DNA of 64,000 bases from assembly GCA_973895155.1 (NCBI GenBank), contig OZ316898.1, positions 15,840,330 through 15,904,329 on the forward strand, given 5' to 3'. Below, piece after piece: positions 37,362 to 48,840 of this stretch (the stretch's first letter is position 1; each line of letters begins with the position of its first letter). Source of the stretch: Marsupella aquatica. Its lineage: Eukaryota; Plantae; Marchantiophyta. The position numbers and the translations under genes are program-made. Under the pieces are notes generated by a model, which searched no databases, was not told the origin of the DNA, and worked only from the letters and a program-made list of their open reading frames with translations.

Positions 37362-37448
37362 GTTTTTCTTCCGTTGAACTCATGTCAAACACTTATCAAG
37401 GAGCTTAAGCGGCTTTTCTCCCCAAAAGACTACCTAATACCTGCTCCA

Positions 37449-39318
37449 TATCATACCAGGGTCACAAAGAATTGACAAAACTTCTGAAATGTGCCTACAA
37501 TGTCTAATCACTCCATACATAAGTAGTTTCAACTCTCCACTTCTAGAGAGGTAGTCCCCTTGACTACTTTTGTACTCACACCCTTCCCCTCTCCTCTACT
37601 CCAAGGATCAGCAAGGGGGATCTCCGCTCCAAGCTGTCACCTTAGAGTAGATTCTCACACAAACACCCAAGAACCAAAGTACTTTCCTCTTCAAGCTTAA
37701 GTCTCCTCAAGACCCTCAAAGTAGTGTTACCCCTCAACCTTGCCCCCTGGCCTTGGTTTGGGTCCACACATCCCCTTTGAGCTCTAGAGAAGGCTCCTCT
37801 ATCTAAGGACTCTTCCTCTTGTTCTTACTTCTTGTTAACACCACGCACCAAGCAAAATACTTTCCACCCTCAAGCTATAATCCTTTCTAAGTCTTAAAGT
37901 AGTGCTCTACCTTAACCTTGCCTCCTTGGCCTTGGTTTTGTACTAGCACATCCCCTTTGAGCTTAGACCAAGATTACATCATAGCATGGACTCTTCTTTT
38001 GCTCTCATATACTTCAAATGCACTCACACTTAATGGTCACAATGAAGATTGACAAGTCTCCTTTTATTGCATCACCTTTACAAAAAAAGTTCACTACACA
38101 TTCTCCACACTAAGCATGGACCACCTCTCCCTTCTCAAGCTTAGCCCTACCTTGGCAAGGTAAAGATTCCACTTAAGAGATGAGATTCCTGGTCCCTAAC
38201 AAATGAAAACTTATTCTTTATATACTATTCTCCTTCCACACCACACCAAGCTTGACCTGGGGTCCAACTACTCCTCCCCCAAGTCCTCCTAACACACAAA
38301 GTCCAACTCTATAGTTCGTAGCCCACCCTAGCTCACAGCCAGCCAACTAGCTTTTGATCAGCAGCAACTCTATTCCAATCAACAGCATCGAGGCAGCCAG
38401 CCAATTCTGATTAGCATCCCATGCCTGAAGCTATAGCAGCTCAATTCAATTTCGTAGCTGCCTCTTGATCCCAATTCAAAGCAAGCATCTCATGTATTGA
38501 CCCTTATGGTGTTCCTGACCTCGTGCTTGAGTCGCCCCGGCCTCGTGCTTAAGTCGTGGTCGCCGTCGACGCGGTTGACACTTAGAAAATAATTCGGATT
38601 TTTTTGTTGGGAAAACAGTATTTCCAGGCCATTTTGGACCGCCCCCAAAAATCACACATGAGTCCAAAATGACTTCTGAGTAAATCTACAGATTCTCTAG
38701 ACATAGCACTATGTCCTGGTTTACTAATATATAAACAAAACCTTATCACCGATTTTCTAAAATTAGGTAAAGTGGGTCAATTATTATGTTTTCCAAAATT
38801 CTTCTCACCTTTGAGATGCTCCCAAAAAGTAACCAAAGATACCCAGATTCTACCACAAGTTTCCAGGGATAGAGTGGACCATATTTAACCCACTTCCAAA
38901 CTTGGAACTCCTAAATTTACTCATCAGCTATTTTTCCCGGGACCCGCTATTTTGTTAATTTAAGTCACACCAAAACACAAGAAAACCCTAGGTTGAGACC
39001 CCACTTGACATATAACTTTTTAGGGGTGCTCTAGGGACCTCCTAGAATCTATGGGAAAAATCTGAACCAAAACTAAGACTTCAAGTGTCGGGTTGTTTCT
39101 CCGGCTCGGAATAGTCGCCTAGTCTAAATAAGGACGGAACGTTGTATGCCCCATCATAAAGACCTTTCTTATCCCTTGTCACTTGCTTAGAACTCAGTAA
39201 CCTTCCATTCCACTATCTTTCCTATTCTACCTACTTAAGTTCCTAAAACCTAGTTACTCCGATAGCACTTAAAACGTCTTTCTTACTATTCCTTGTTCCA
39301 AAAGCAAAAAAATGACAA
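37449..39318 (-). repeat. Probable ~1.9-kb LTR of a different family
   Basis: Ends TATCAT/ATGACA (imperfect TGTCAT inverted repeat); on the - strand TATATAAA (~38220), then AATAAA (~38065), then a TGG-starting PBS-like sequence (TGGAGCAGG); internal ~180-bp duplication at 37660-38000. Confidence 0.5.
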
Positions 39319-39438
39319 GTTTCTTACATAAACCTATATCGAGCCATTCCACAACTCACTTCTTGACCTGTTTCCAACCATTTCTTGGTTCGGGCTGCAA
39401 GTACTAGCAGCTTCCTTCTCTAGGAACCCTTCAAAGAG

Positions 39439-40511
39439 GCACACACACTTCAGCCAGACTCCACTACTTATGAGTTGTCTGTTGGTTTGTTTTCGTAAGG
39501 TGTTACTCCTCAATGTGTTCACTCTGAGTGAATTAATCCTCATTCATTCTCTCGCAGTCAATCACCATCTCTTCATGTAGACTCTCTCAACAATGTACTC
39601 ATCCAAGAACAATTCATCAGGTTGTGCCACAATGATTGCTTTACTTCTCAACATCAAAATTCTACTCATATCTAAGTAGGAAACACTTAAACGGATCTAC
39701 TGATCATATTAAGGAAAGTCTGGCTTCGCCTTTCAATCAGATTACCTATTGTAAAAGTGACACCCTATTCTACGCTCTTGCCTGCCTTAAATACTATTTT
39801 CCGACAAAATTATCGGTTTCCAATTGTCCGACTAACAAAAATGGTTATCTAACTTACTAATCAAACATAACTGCATAGTAGTTAATAAACTATTGTTTTG
39901 CGGTTACTAAACCGCAATCCGTAGTTCCCGATTGGTATACTCTGTTCAACTGAGACTACTGCATCAAACATCTCTATAAATGATTGGTGGTTGGAGTCGT
40001 GGTTTCTAAACTGCCAATGGTTAAGCTTCTCAATTCTGATGAGTGGTGGACCTAGCCACCCAGCGCCCTCACCAATCCCAACACTTGTGCCTAAGTGCCC
40101 TTGGTGCCCGAATGCCTCCACGGAATACCTCGAGCAAGCATCCAAGTGCCTCAAGCACCACCAGCGGCCACTCCCATACGAAGTCACATTTGCTCACCTA
40201 CACGACCGCTACTCAACGGTCCTCACTGTCTGCACAAACAACCAAGCACCTCGGTAAGTAACCCCTCCGGATCTAGAACTCGCCCAGTCTGGCATCCTAA
40301 CTCAAGCTCAACAGACGTTGGTAAATAGGTCAGCGATAGGTCCTCCCGATGCCATAAGCTGGAACCAGAACCCACGCCCACTGTTCGTCCAGGACAGCTC
40401 CTTCCTTGGGCGCGGCCCGGGTTCCCCCTCGTACCTATCCATCACCAACTAACCGCCCTAACCTCAGGACATGCTCATGGCCCAAGTAGCGTAGCTTGTC
40501 CTAAAGCTTGT
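39439..40511. repeat. Repeat family X, copy 2, left part (target of the DNA transposon; continues at 59433)
   Basis: Matches 19807-20408 and ~63030-63495. Confidence 0.85.
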
Positions 40512-40549
40512 ATCAACCTATTCATTAAAAGTGTATTATTATTTGATTT

Positions 40550-40810
40550 ATGTACATTTGGGGATAGAAAAGTGTACAATTGGCCTAAAAAGTGTACATT
40601 TGGGCAATAAAAAGTGTATATTTGAACATCAAAATAGGTACATTTGGCTTTAAAAGTATACATTTGAGTACATTTGGCCTAGAAAGTGTACATTTGAGTG
40701 AAAGAAACATACATTTGGCTTAAAAAGTGTACATTTAAGTGCAGTTGGTCTAGAAAGTGTAACTTTGAGTGCAACAAAGTGTACATTTGGCCTAAAAAGT
40801 GTACATTTTC
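40550..40810. repeat. Left subterminal repeats, AAAGTGTACATTTG-type, about 11 copies
   Basis: Directly visible; TGTACA palindromic core. Confidence 0.9.
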
Positions 40811-41097
40811 CTACCAACTCTTATTATAATCATTTAAAAGAAAGGAATGAATAAAAAAATATTTTTAATTATACAAAAAAGCAAACATTCATATTCATAA
40901 CGATCAAAAGTTTAGAAAATGAGGAGATAGTATAACTAACACTCAATGACATGGTCTCACATTAAAACTATTAGAATAGTAAATAACTAGTACGTAAGTT
41001 ACTATGTTTGAATGAGTGTTGACTATTTACATAAAAACTAGGTAAGTAACTATCTAAATTAATTTAATTATTATAGCTTTGCAAGTAACAACTAAGT

Positions 41098-44000
41098 CTA
41101 CTTGTCCATCCTTTGGAGATAACTTTGGACAGTTTGTAGAACATTTTGAGGAATCTTCAAACCTCTGTCTGCCATGTTTTCTTCTTTCATGCCAGATTTA
41201 AAACCATACATTGCAGAATTTGCATACTGCCAATGTTGAGCGTTCTCACCAAACCCTGGATCTCGTTCCCATGTCTTAGTGGACATGAAGTAGTTTAGAT
41301 ACCGTGCACTCTCAGTCACATCAAGTTTAGAGTGTTTAGGCCTCCACCATTCGACTGGAAATATTGGAGCATATTGTTGAGGCAGAGGAGGGTTTGTTGG
41401 AGATGTAGTTGGGACTTCATGCTTAGGGTCCACCGAACCCAAAGCTCTCACCAACCAAAAATGACCTCCACCATTTTTATTCTCCCAGTCATCCTCAGGT
41501 CGAAGAAATACAAAGTTCCCTTCACAAATATCCTGTAGGGGAATCCACCATCCTTGTTCTCTCTCAACTCGAGATCCAACAAATGGTGCTGCTTGATCTT
41601 CCATCTCTTCCAAGACCTCATTTTGAAGAGCCATCATCTCCACATTCTCCTCATCTTCACTTGGAGGACCACTTTGTTCTGGTTGGTTGACCTTGTAACT
41701 AGTGCCATGGTTAGTCTTAGGCCAAAATCCATTTTTCAAGGGCAATTGAGTACTTCCCTCCCCTTCTAGTGCGAGCCCATTTGTCAACAACTCCACAATT
41801 CTCTCCCAATATTTCACAAGAGGAAATCTTTCCTTATATGCTATAGATGTCTCATCAGTGCAACTCCTTCTCAAAAAATCAAGGTACTTGTTAAGAAATG
41901 GGATAATCTCTTCAGATTTTTTGTGTATCTCTCCAATGGATTTAGCTAAGGGCTCTCCACTAGGTAAAAGAAGAGAATTTGTTGTCAAATCTGTTGCCCA
42001 AATGCACCTTCCTCCAACTGGAGCCCAAGCTTGCTCTACATGGGACTTATACTGAAATATTGGTACATTATCTTTCATAGAGAAAAGAAATGATATGGGG
42101 TTTTGAGTGACCTTGAATATCTTTAACTTTGAAAGTTTGAAGATATTCTTTGTAAGATGCAACTTCTTGTATCAATCTGGGAACTGGATGAATGCTCTCA
42201 CATTCCCAAACCTCTGCCATAAGAGCAAGGAGAGTTGCAACTTCCTTGTGCTGAACTTGATATGATACCTTCAAAAAGAGTGCATCAACATCTTCGTGTG
42301 TATGACCAACCATTAGAAAAGACATTTGAACAGTTTCAAATACTCCTCTACTCACAAGCTCACTACAAAATGCCATGACAGTCTGGTTTTTGTTATCCTT
42401 TGTTGAGTTATCCATTTGCAGTGTTAGGTGCCTTGGCAAGGGCTTGAAAGACGGACTGCCTTGTTCCCCATGCATCTCCCCTCCTTGATCCTCACCATGT
42501 TGGGTGGAGACCGTCTCCGTCTGACTCTCGGCTGCATCTTTAGAACCAATATACCTATTCATTGGAATACTCTTTGGTTCCAAATATCCCTTAAAAAATG
42601 CATCAAAGTCAAGAAGGGCTTGAAAGAAAGGTCTATGAGGTTCCAAATAAAGGTCATCCAACATGTCACATGTCTTGTCTTCATTGTACTCTTCAAGGTC
42701 TTGAAGACACTTAGCCAAGGATGTCACTGTGAAATCAGCATCTTCTGGCCAAAGGCCAGTGACACTAAAGTGTGCATAGACTCCTGGATCCCTTCCGTGG
42801 GTCAACATCCCTGTGAGAGCAATAGGTAGTGGCATCCCATGACCCGAAAGCGATTTAGGAGTACTGACCATTTTTGGAATCCACGTCTTTGCTTGATCCA
42901 TCTTGTTGTGAATGATGCAAAGATATTCCCCTGGATGTTGCTTAGCCATCACTCGATGAGCATAGTAAACATATCTACGTGACATCTGCTCATGAAGATG
43001 TTGCGCTCATTTTTCTTCAATTTCAGCACGCTCTTTTTTCCTTCGTTCTCGCATCAAACTATCTTTGTATTCACAACAAAGAGTACACTTGGCAAATGCA
43101 CCATCTTTATGGAAACTGAAGTTTGCGAATGATTTGCTCCAAATCTTGTATAGAGTATTCTCTGTAACTGGAGGAAGCCCCTCTTCCTTCATCTTTGTTC
43201 TCACATCTTCCAAAATCTCCAACTTCTTGTAACATGCTGGAAGACGATACTCAATGGAGTCTATCCCATGAGCCCTAGCATAAGGTATATGAGGCATGGG
43301 CTCTGCATTTCGAGTCAAAAAATCCTCCAACAGAGCTCGTGCATGCAAGGTATTTGACCGTGTTTTCATGGAGCCCGTGTTTCCATGGAACCCAATTTTG
43401 CAACCCTCCACATATCTCCTTTTGTAATCATAATATTTCGTGTGGCTAAAGCCATGGATGATTGCAAATGCATGTTTACATACGACCATACCCTTGAGAA
43501 CATGGTGCCCCTTATCATGAATGTCATCTTCTCTGTAGTGGAAGAGGTTGAAAATGTGTGATGTTTTTGACTCGCTAGACATCCCATGAAATTCTATCCT
43601 ATCTATCTTCTATGTCTTCTCTTGGCATAGTCAGACAACATTTCTGCTTGCAACAATTCTCTCTTTTAATTTCATCAATCAAAGCTTTCGTTGTTTTTGA
43701 AACTGCCTTGGTTTCCAACAACCTTCTCTTCTTTTCAATCGGATCTACATGAGTCCTTTTGTTGAAATTGTATGGCCTTGTGCACGGCATTCCCCTATCA
43801 TTTACATTTGGATAGAGATCATCCCTATCCACCATCTCCATCCTCTCTGAACCTTCAACCAAAATGTCCGACAAAAATTTCCCGTTTGCAAGTAGTTTTG
43901 TTGAATCAATCCGTCACCAAACCAAAGTAATTACTCCCCTATGGAAATTGGGAAAGTATTGTGATTCCACCACATCTTTCACAGCAATCCCTACATGGTC

Positions 44001-44669
44001 CTCACCAAGGATTTCATCGTCAACCACCGCTGTTTCTTGAGGCACAGTGATGGTCCCCGTGGCAACCCTATTGGTTCGATCTAAACCGATGTATAGTTCG
44101 ACCAACTCTGACATCCAATTTGACGGTTGGAAATAGTCACAATTAGTTTTAGAAATTTCAGCTGAGGGAGACTCCGCAACAAAACTCCGCTCTATGTTGA
44201 TATCATCACCCGCATCCTTCTTTGAGAAACTCTTTCTACTTTGGACATCTGCCACATCCCAGAGAACCCATGAGTCTTTTGCCTCGTCAATTGTTTCAGC
44301 CCCGTTGTGTTTGTAAGGTAAAACCCTACTCCCATGAATGACATCAGTGACCCTCACACTGATCCGTGATTCACCAAGTAAAATGTTGTGACATCTTTGT
44401 GAATTTGTTATCGTTGATAGATATGCGCAAGACAAATCCCAAATAATGCAAGAATCAATGGCATCAAAAAGGTTTTCTGCCCGAGGCATTGGAAATGGTA
44501 GTTTTGTGGTTTGATCAAAAACTTTCTCAATGAGAATGCCCATTCGATTCTCTCTTAACAATATCTTTTGAACACTATCTTGCGGTAAGCAGATAGGTGT
44601 GAACCCTATCCAAGACAGTGCGCAAATAGGGATCATCCCCATCAAGCAAAATAATAGGTCCCTAAACAA
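41098..44669 (-). pseudogene. Sola-like DDE transposase with N-terminal Tnp1/En/Spm-like repeats; two nonsense codons and two frameshifts
   Basis: FAKCTLC, IIHNKMDQAK, LTLQMDNSTKDNKN, FLMVGHTHEDVDALF; TGA at 43914-43916 and 43007-43009; frameshifts at ~43595 and ~42090. Confidence 0.85.
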
Positions 44670-45625
44670 TCCTTATCTAGCCCTAAGATCCCTGATCCCT
44701 ATTCAGACGTTGGATAGGGATGATCCCTGTTCAGATGACAGATAGGTTCTCTCATTGTCCAAACAATGGACATAGATGATCCCTGTAAACGGTGGACAGG
44801 GATGATCCCTGTCAGAACGGTGGATAGGGTCAGTCACTGTCCAAACGGCAAACAGGGATCATCCTTGCCTAGCGGCAGATAGTGTCTATCACTGTCCAAA
44901 GGGCGGACACAGTTGATCCCTGTCCAAATGGCGGATAGGGTCTATCACTATCCAAACAATAGACATGGATGATTCAAGGTCCGAATCACTTAGGATCACT
45001 CAACGGTCCTATCTGAAAGTAAAACCTTTCATATTGGGTTCCCATAAACCAAATACCTCAAACGGCAGAGAGGGATCATCCCTATCCAAATGGCGGACAG
45101 GGATCATCCCCATCCAAATGGTGGACAGTGATCATCTCTATCCAAAAGCCGGACAGGGATCATCCCCATCCAAACGGTGGACAGGGATCATCCCTATCCA
45201 AACGGCGGACAGGGATCATCCCCATCCAAAAGCCGGACAGGGATCATCCCCATCCAAATGGTGGACATGGATCATCTCTATCCAAAAGCCGGACAGGGAT
45301 CATCCCCATCCAAACGGTGGACAGGGATCATCCCCATCCAAATGGTGGACAGGGATCATCTCTATCCAAAAGCCGGACAGGGATCATCCCCATCCAAACG
45401 GTGGACAGAGATTATCCCTATCCAAACGGTGGACAGGGATCATCCCCATCCAAACGGTGGACAGGGATCATCTCTATCCAAACGGTGGACACACATTATT
45501 CTTATCCAAAAGCCGGACAGGGATCATCTCTATCCAAACGGTGGACAGACATCATTCTTATCCAAACAGCACATAGGGATGAACCCTATCAAAACAGCTA
45601 ACAGGTATGACCCTTGTACGGACAG
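44620..45625. repeat. Array of a 21-bp palindrome (GGACAGGGAT-N-ATCCCTGTCC type); regular 28-bp period from ~45067
   Basis: GGACAG starts at 45095, 45123, 45151 and onward; 7-bp linkers AAACGGT, AAATGGT, AAAAGCC. Confidence 0.93.
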
Positions 45626-46621
45626 TTAACCTCTACACACTTATTTAATGTTTGACCAAAGAAAGGTTGGATTGAGATGATCCCAATCGTGAGTTGGGCT
45701 GGATACCCTAACCTTAAGTAACTTAGATATACAATTCCTAAATTTGATACCAATGGAATATTTTGGAATTGAGTTGAAAGTTACCTGTAATGGAAATGAT
45801 TCTTGAACACAAAACTCACTTAGTTTATGTTATCAAACCAAGTAATAAAACACTTTGTTGAAGGGGTAGTTATCAGTAAACTGGTAAACTAAATGCTTCA
45901 GGGGTGTGGAAGAAAATTAGATGTTCTATCTAGAAAACAAGAGTGGCTCAATGGGGCTCCGTAATGAACAGACCTGGTTGAGAGATTGAATGACAATCTA
46001 GAAATGAAAATACCAAATGAGGACCAGCCGGACCAGCCCAAGTATCTTATACCATTTGTTCAAGATCGCTCTTACGGATAAGGCGATGCGTGATCAGCCT
46101 TAAGCAACGGCAGAGTTTAGGGTCGAGTGGATGAGGTAGCCCACGCCACACAACAAATTTGAGCGACACAATTTTAGGGCAGCCTTGCGTTTAGGGTTTG
46201 CCTCGCACGGCTGTTTTGCCTCGCCTCGCACCTTGGCCTCCCACGTGTTGTGCCTCGCCTTCCACCTCGGCCCCACCTCGAAGGGGGGGTAAAGGAGGCA
46301 AGAGGTCCCACTTGGGCCTCATTTACTTCACTCTCCTCCTGTGCTTCACTCTGCTCCTCCGCTTCACACTAAAGTTTTTGCCCTAGCCGCCACGTTTAGT
46401 GCCCTACAACTAACGCTTTGTGATCCTCCACGTGTCCATATGGCCACGTGTCACAAGATGGATCCATCTAGACCTATTCATGTGTCTTTGGTCATTGAGC
46501 CAACAGAGGAGATAGACCTCTCCTCCATTGAGGATGTGGTAGACACGGCCCTCAAGGATTCCAGAGCCTTCCAATTGCTCAATCCAAGTGAGTATCTTGG
46601 TAACAAGTTGAATATTTGTGC

Positions 46622-47080
46622 AGTGGACAGAGATCATCTCTGTCCAATTGGATAGAGATGATCCCTGTCCAAGTAGAGTCTAAGTAGAAGATAGTGATCT
46701 TTATTAGGAATTGGATAGAGATGATCTCTGTCCAAATTGAGGATAGAGATGATCTCTGTCCAAAACTGAGGACAGAGATCATCCCTGTCCAATTGGATAG
46801 GGATCATCTATTTCCAAAATGATGATAGAGGATGTCCAACCAGAGGATCGAAACTGTTCTATCAGAGGATGTCGAGGATCTTTATTTGGAATTGGATAGA
46901 CATGATCTCTATCCTCTACTTGGATAGGGATGATCTCTGTCCAATTCCTAATAAAGATAATCTTTGTTCGATCAGAGGATACTAACGATCTTTATTAGGA
47001 ATTGGACAGAGATCATCCCTATCCAAGTAGAGGATAGAGATCATCCTTGTCCAATTGGATAGGGATCATCTCTCTCCAAA
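46622..47080. repeat. Second cluster of the palindrome, inside predicted intron 46588-47156
   Basis: GGACAGAGATCATCTCTGTCC and variants, often linked by AATT. Confidence 0.9.
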
Positions 47081-48139
47081 CTGTGAGAAAACCTCATCTT
47101 TGTCAATTACAAATTAAGATTTTCCAAACTAATATGCATGGATGGGACTATTGCAGGGAGCGATCTAAATGGATTGAAACCAGAAATTTCAGAATCAGAT
47201 TGCTCCGAGGGAGTCTTGTTGGAGCAGAGCAAACCAGATTTTCGTTGGGGCCTTGAGTTCTCTAGAGTTTATTTTGATTTCCTTAGCACGTCAGAGAGAC
47301 GGGATCCCATTTTGTGCATAAAGGTCAGAACAGAAGATCAAGAGACTCTTGTACTCGGACCTGTAGTCTTCATTGGAATTGAAGGAAGAGGGTTTGTTTC
47401 CGTCATTCTTGAGCTCCATGAAAGGATACGATGGGTTAAGCTACATCTACCATCAAAGGCGTATTCTTCAGAGTTCAACGTTGAGTGGTCTGCTGCTGGA
47501 GAACTTGGCGTGATGGCAATGGGATTTTTCCATAAGTCGTATTCAACTCAAAAGGTGATTGCTAGAGTGAAGGGGATTCTTCCACTTGACATCATGTATG
47601 GGTTTCAATATGTGAAGCTGGATATCCATAAACACCAAGGGAATTATACATTTCTGGTGACATGGATTTTAAATAATTTTCTCGACAAGGCAGGATTCCT
47701 ATCTTCGGAATCAGGTGTTTGCCTTGACAAGCAAATTGCATTTGCAGAGGAGTTTGCGATGGATAATACAAAAAAGTGGGTAGAATCATTACCCAAGCCT
47801 ACAAATGTTGCACCAATAGCGGTGAACGAGCTTCCAGTAGTTGTTAACAAAGAAGTTCCCAAACCTAGAAAAATATCTCAAGAGACAACAACAGGGACTG
47901 CAGGAACAACGGCTGGGACAAGCACCGAGGTGTTTACAAAAGACAGCAAACAGCAAACAGGATTTAATAACAGAAACTGGTAACAGGAAAAAAAAACTGG
48001 TAACAGGGAAATGGGTGGAATTTTTTTTTGAGTTTTTTTTTCTTGGTCGACCAGTTTTTTTTGCTAGCGCCCGGCGCTGCTAATAATAGCGCCCAAAGCT
48101 AGCCAAAAATGTTGCATTGTTATTTTTTTTTGAAAATAA

Positions 48140-48336
48140 TGTTGTAATAGACAACTAAAGGAACACTCAAAGATACTCCAACAAGATAGATCCATTACTA
48201 TTGATGAGGGGATATATATATCCCCTTGGTTACATGGTAGGCAAATGCCCTTATACTGGTCCTATGGTTAGGAGTTCTCATACTATGGTTAAGGGTTCTC
48301 GCCCTATGGTTAAGGGGTAAACTAGGGTTTACAACA
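48140..48336 (-). repeat. Copia 3' LTR
   Basis: TGTTGTAA...TTACAACA; PPT CCAAGGGGGAG (-) at 48337-48347. Confidence 0.97.
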
Positions 48337-48840
48337 CTCCCCCTTGGTTAGTTTATGGAGGAGCATAAAGTAACCACATCTCTTGAACCTAGGGTATAAT
48401 CCGGTTTAGGGGTCCACCTGTGTGATGTAGCCTCATTAAAACCTCGTCGCTTTCTTCTCGAGGAAAGAGTGCTACCATCACTTATATAGGTGGTTTCCCA
48501 TATCTAATGTCCTGGTTAAGCCTTTTTGCCATGTCTTAGTTAGTGTTGATCGTATGTGCTAAGTGGGGTTATGTGAATGTTCCTAATGGGTGTCTAGTCT
48601 CCCCCTCAGCTCGTTGCCTGGTGTGCGCCTCGTGTTGTTCTTCATGTCGTTTTGCGTATTGCGCTTCGCTTCGTGTTGTGCTTTGGGTTAGTGAGGCCAA
48701 GTCGGGCGTTTTTGCGTTGGTTTGCGTTGTTTCACGTCGGGGATGTGGTGTGGCGCTCGCCGAGTGTGGTGGTCGGGCATCTGGAGGCGGCTTCATCGGG
48801 CGACAGCTTCATCGTTGGGTAATCCTTTCGAGCTTCAGTG

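Larger units (their letters stand above)
20409..37380 (-). mobile_element. Decayed non-chromovirus Ty3/gypsy element (gag, PR, RT, RH, IN, extra 3' ORF) with two LINE insertions; matching 5' LTR absent
   Basis: Domain order on the - strand is gag-PR-RT-RH-IN; purine tract TAAAGGAGAA (22901-22910, -) abuts the LTR at 20409-22900. The right boundary is approximate. Confidence 0.88.

Noticed and set aside
44620-45625. CRISPR array
   Set aside because: Linkers are only ~7 bp and repeat each other, there are no cas genes, and the context is eukaryotic; it is a palindromic minisatellite.
44965-45629. Three overlapping repetitive ORFs
   Set aside because: Artefacts of a stop-poor 28-bp repeat read in all three frames.
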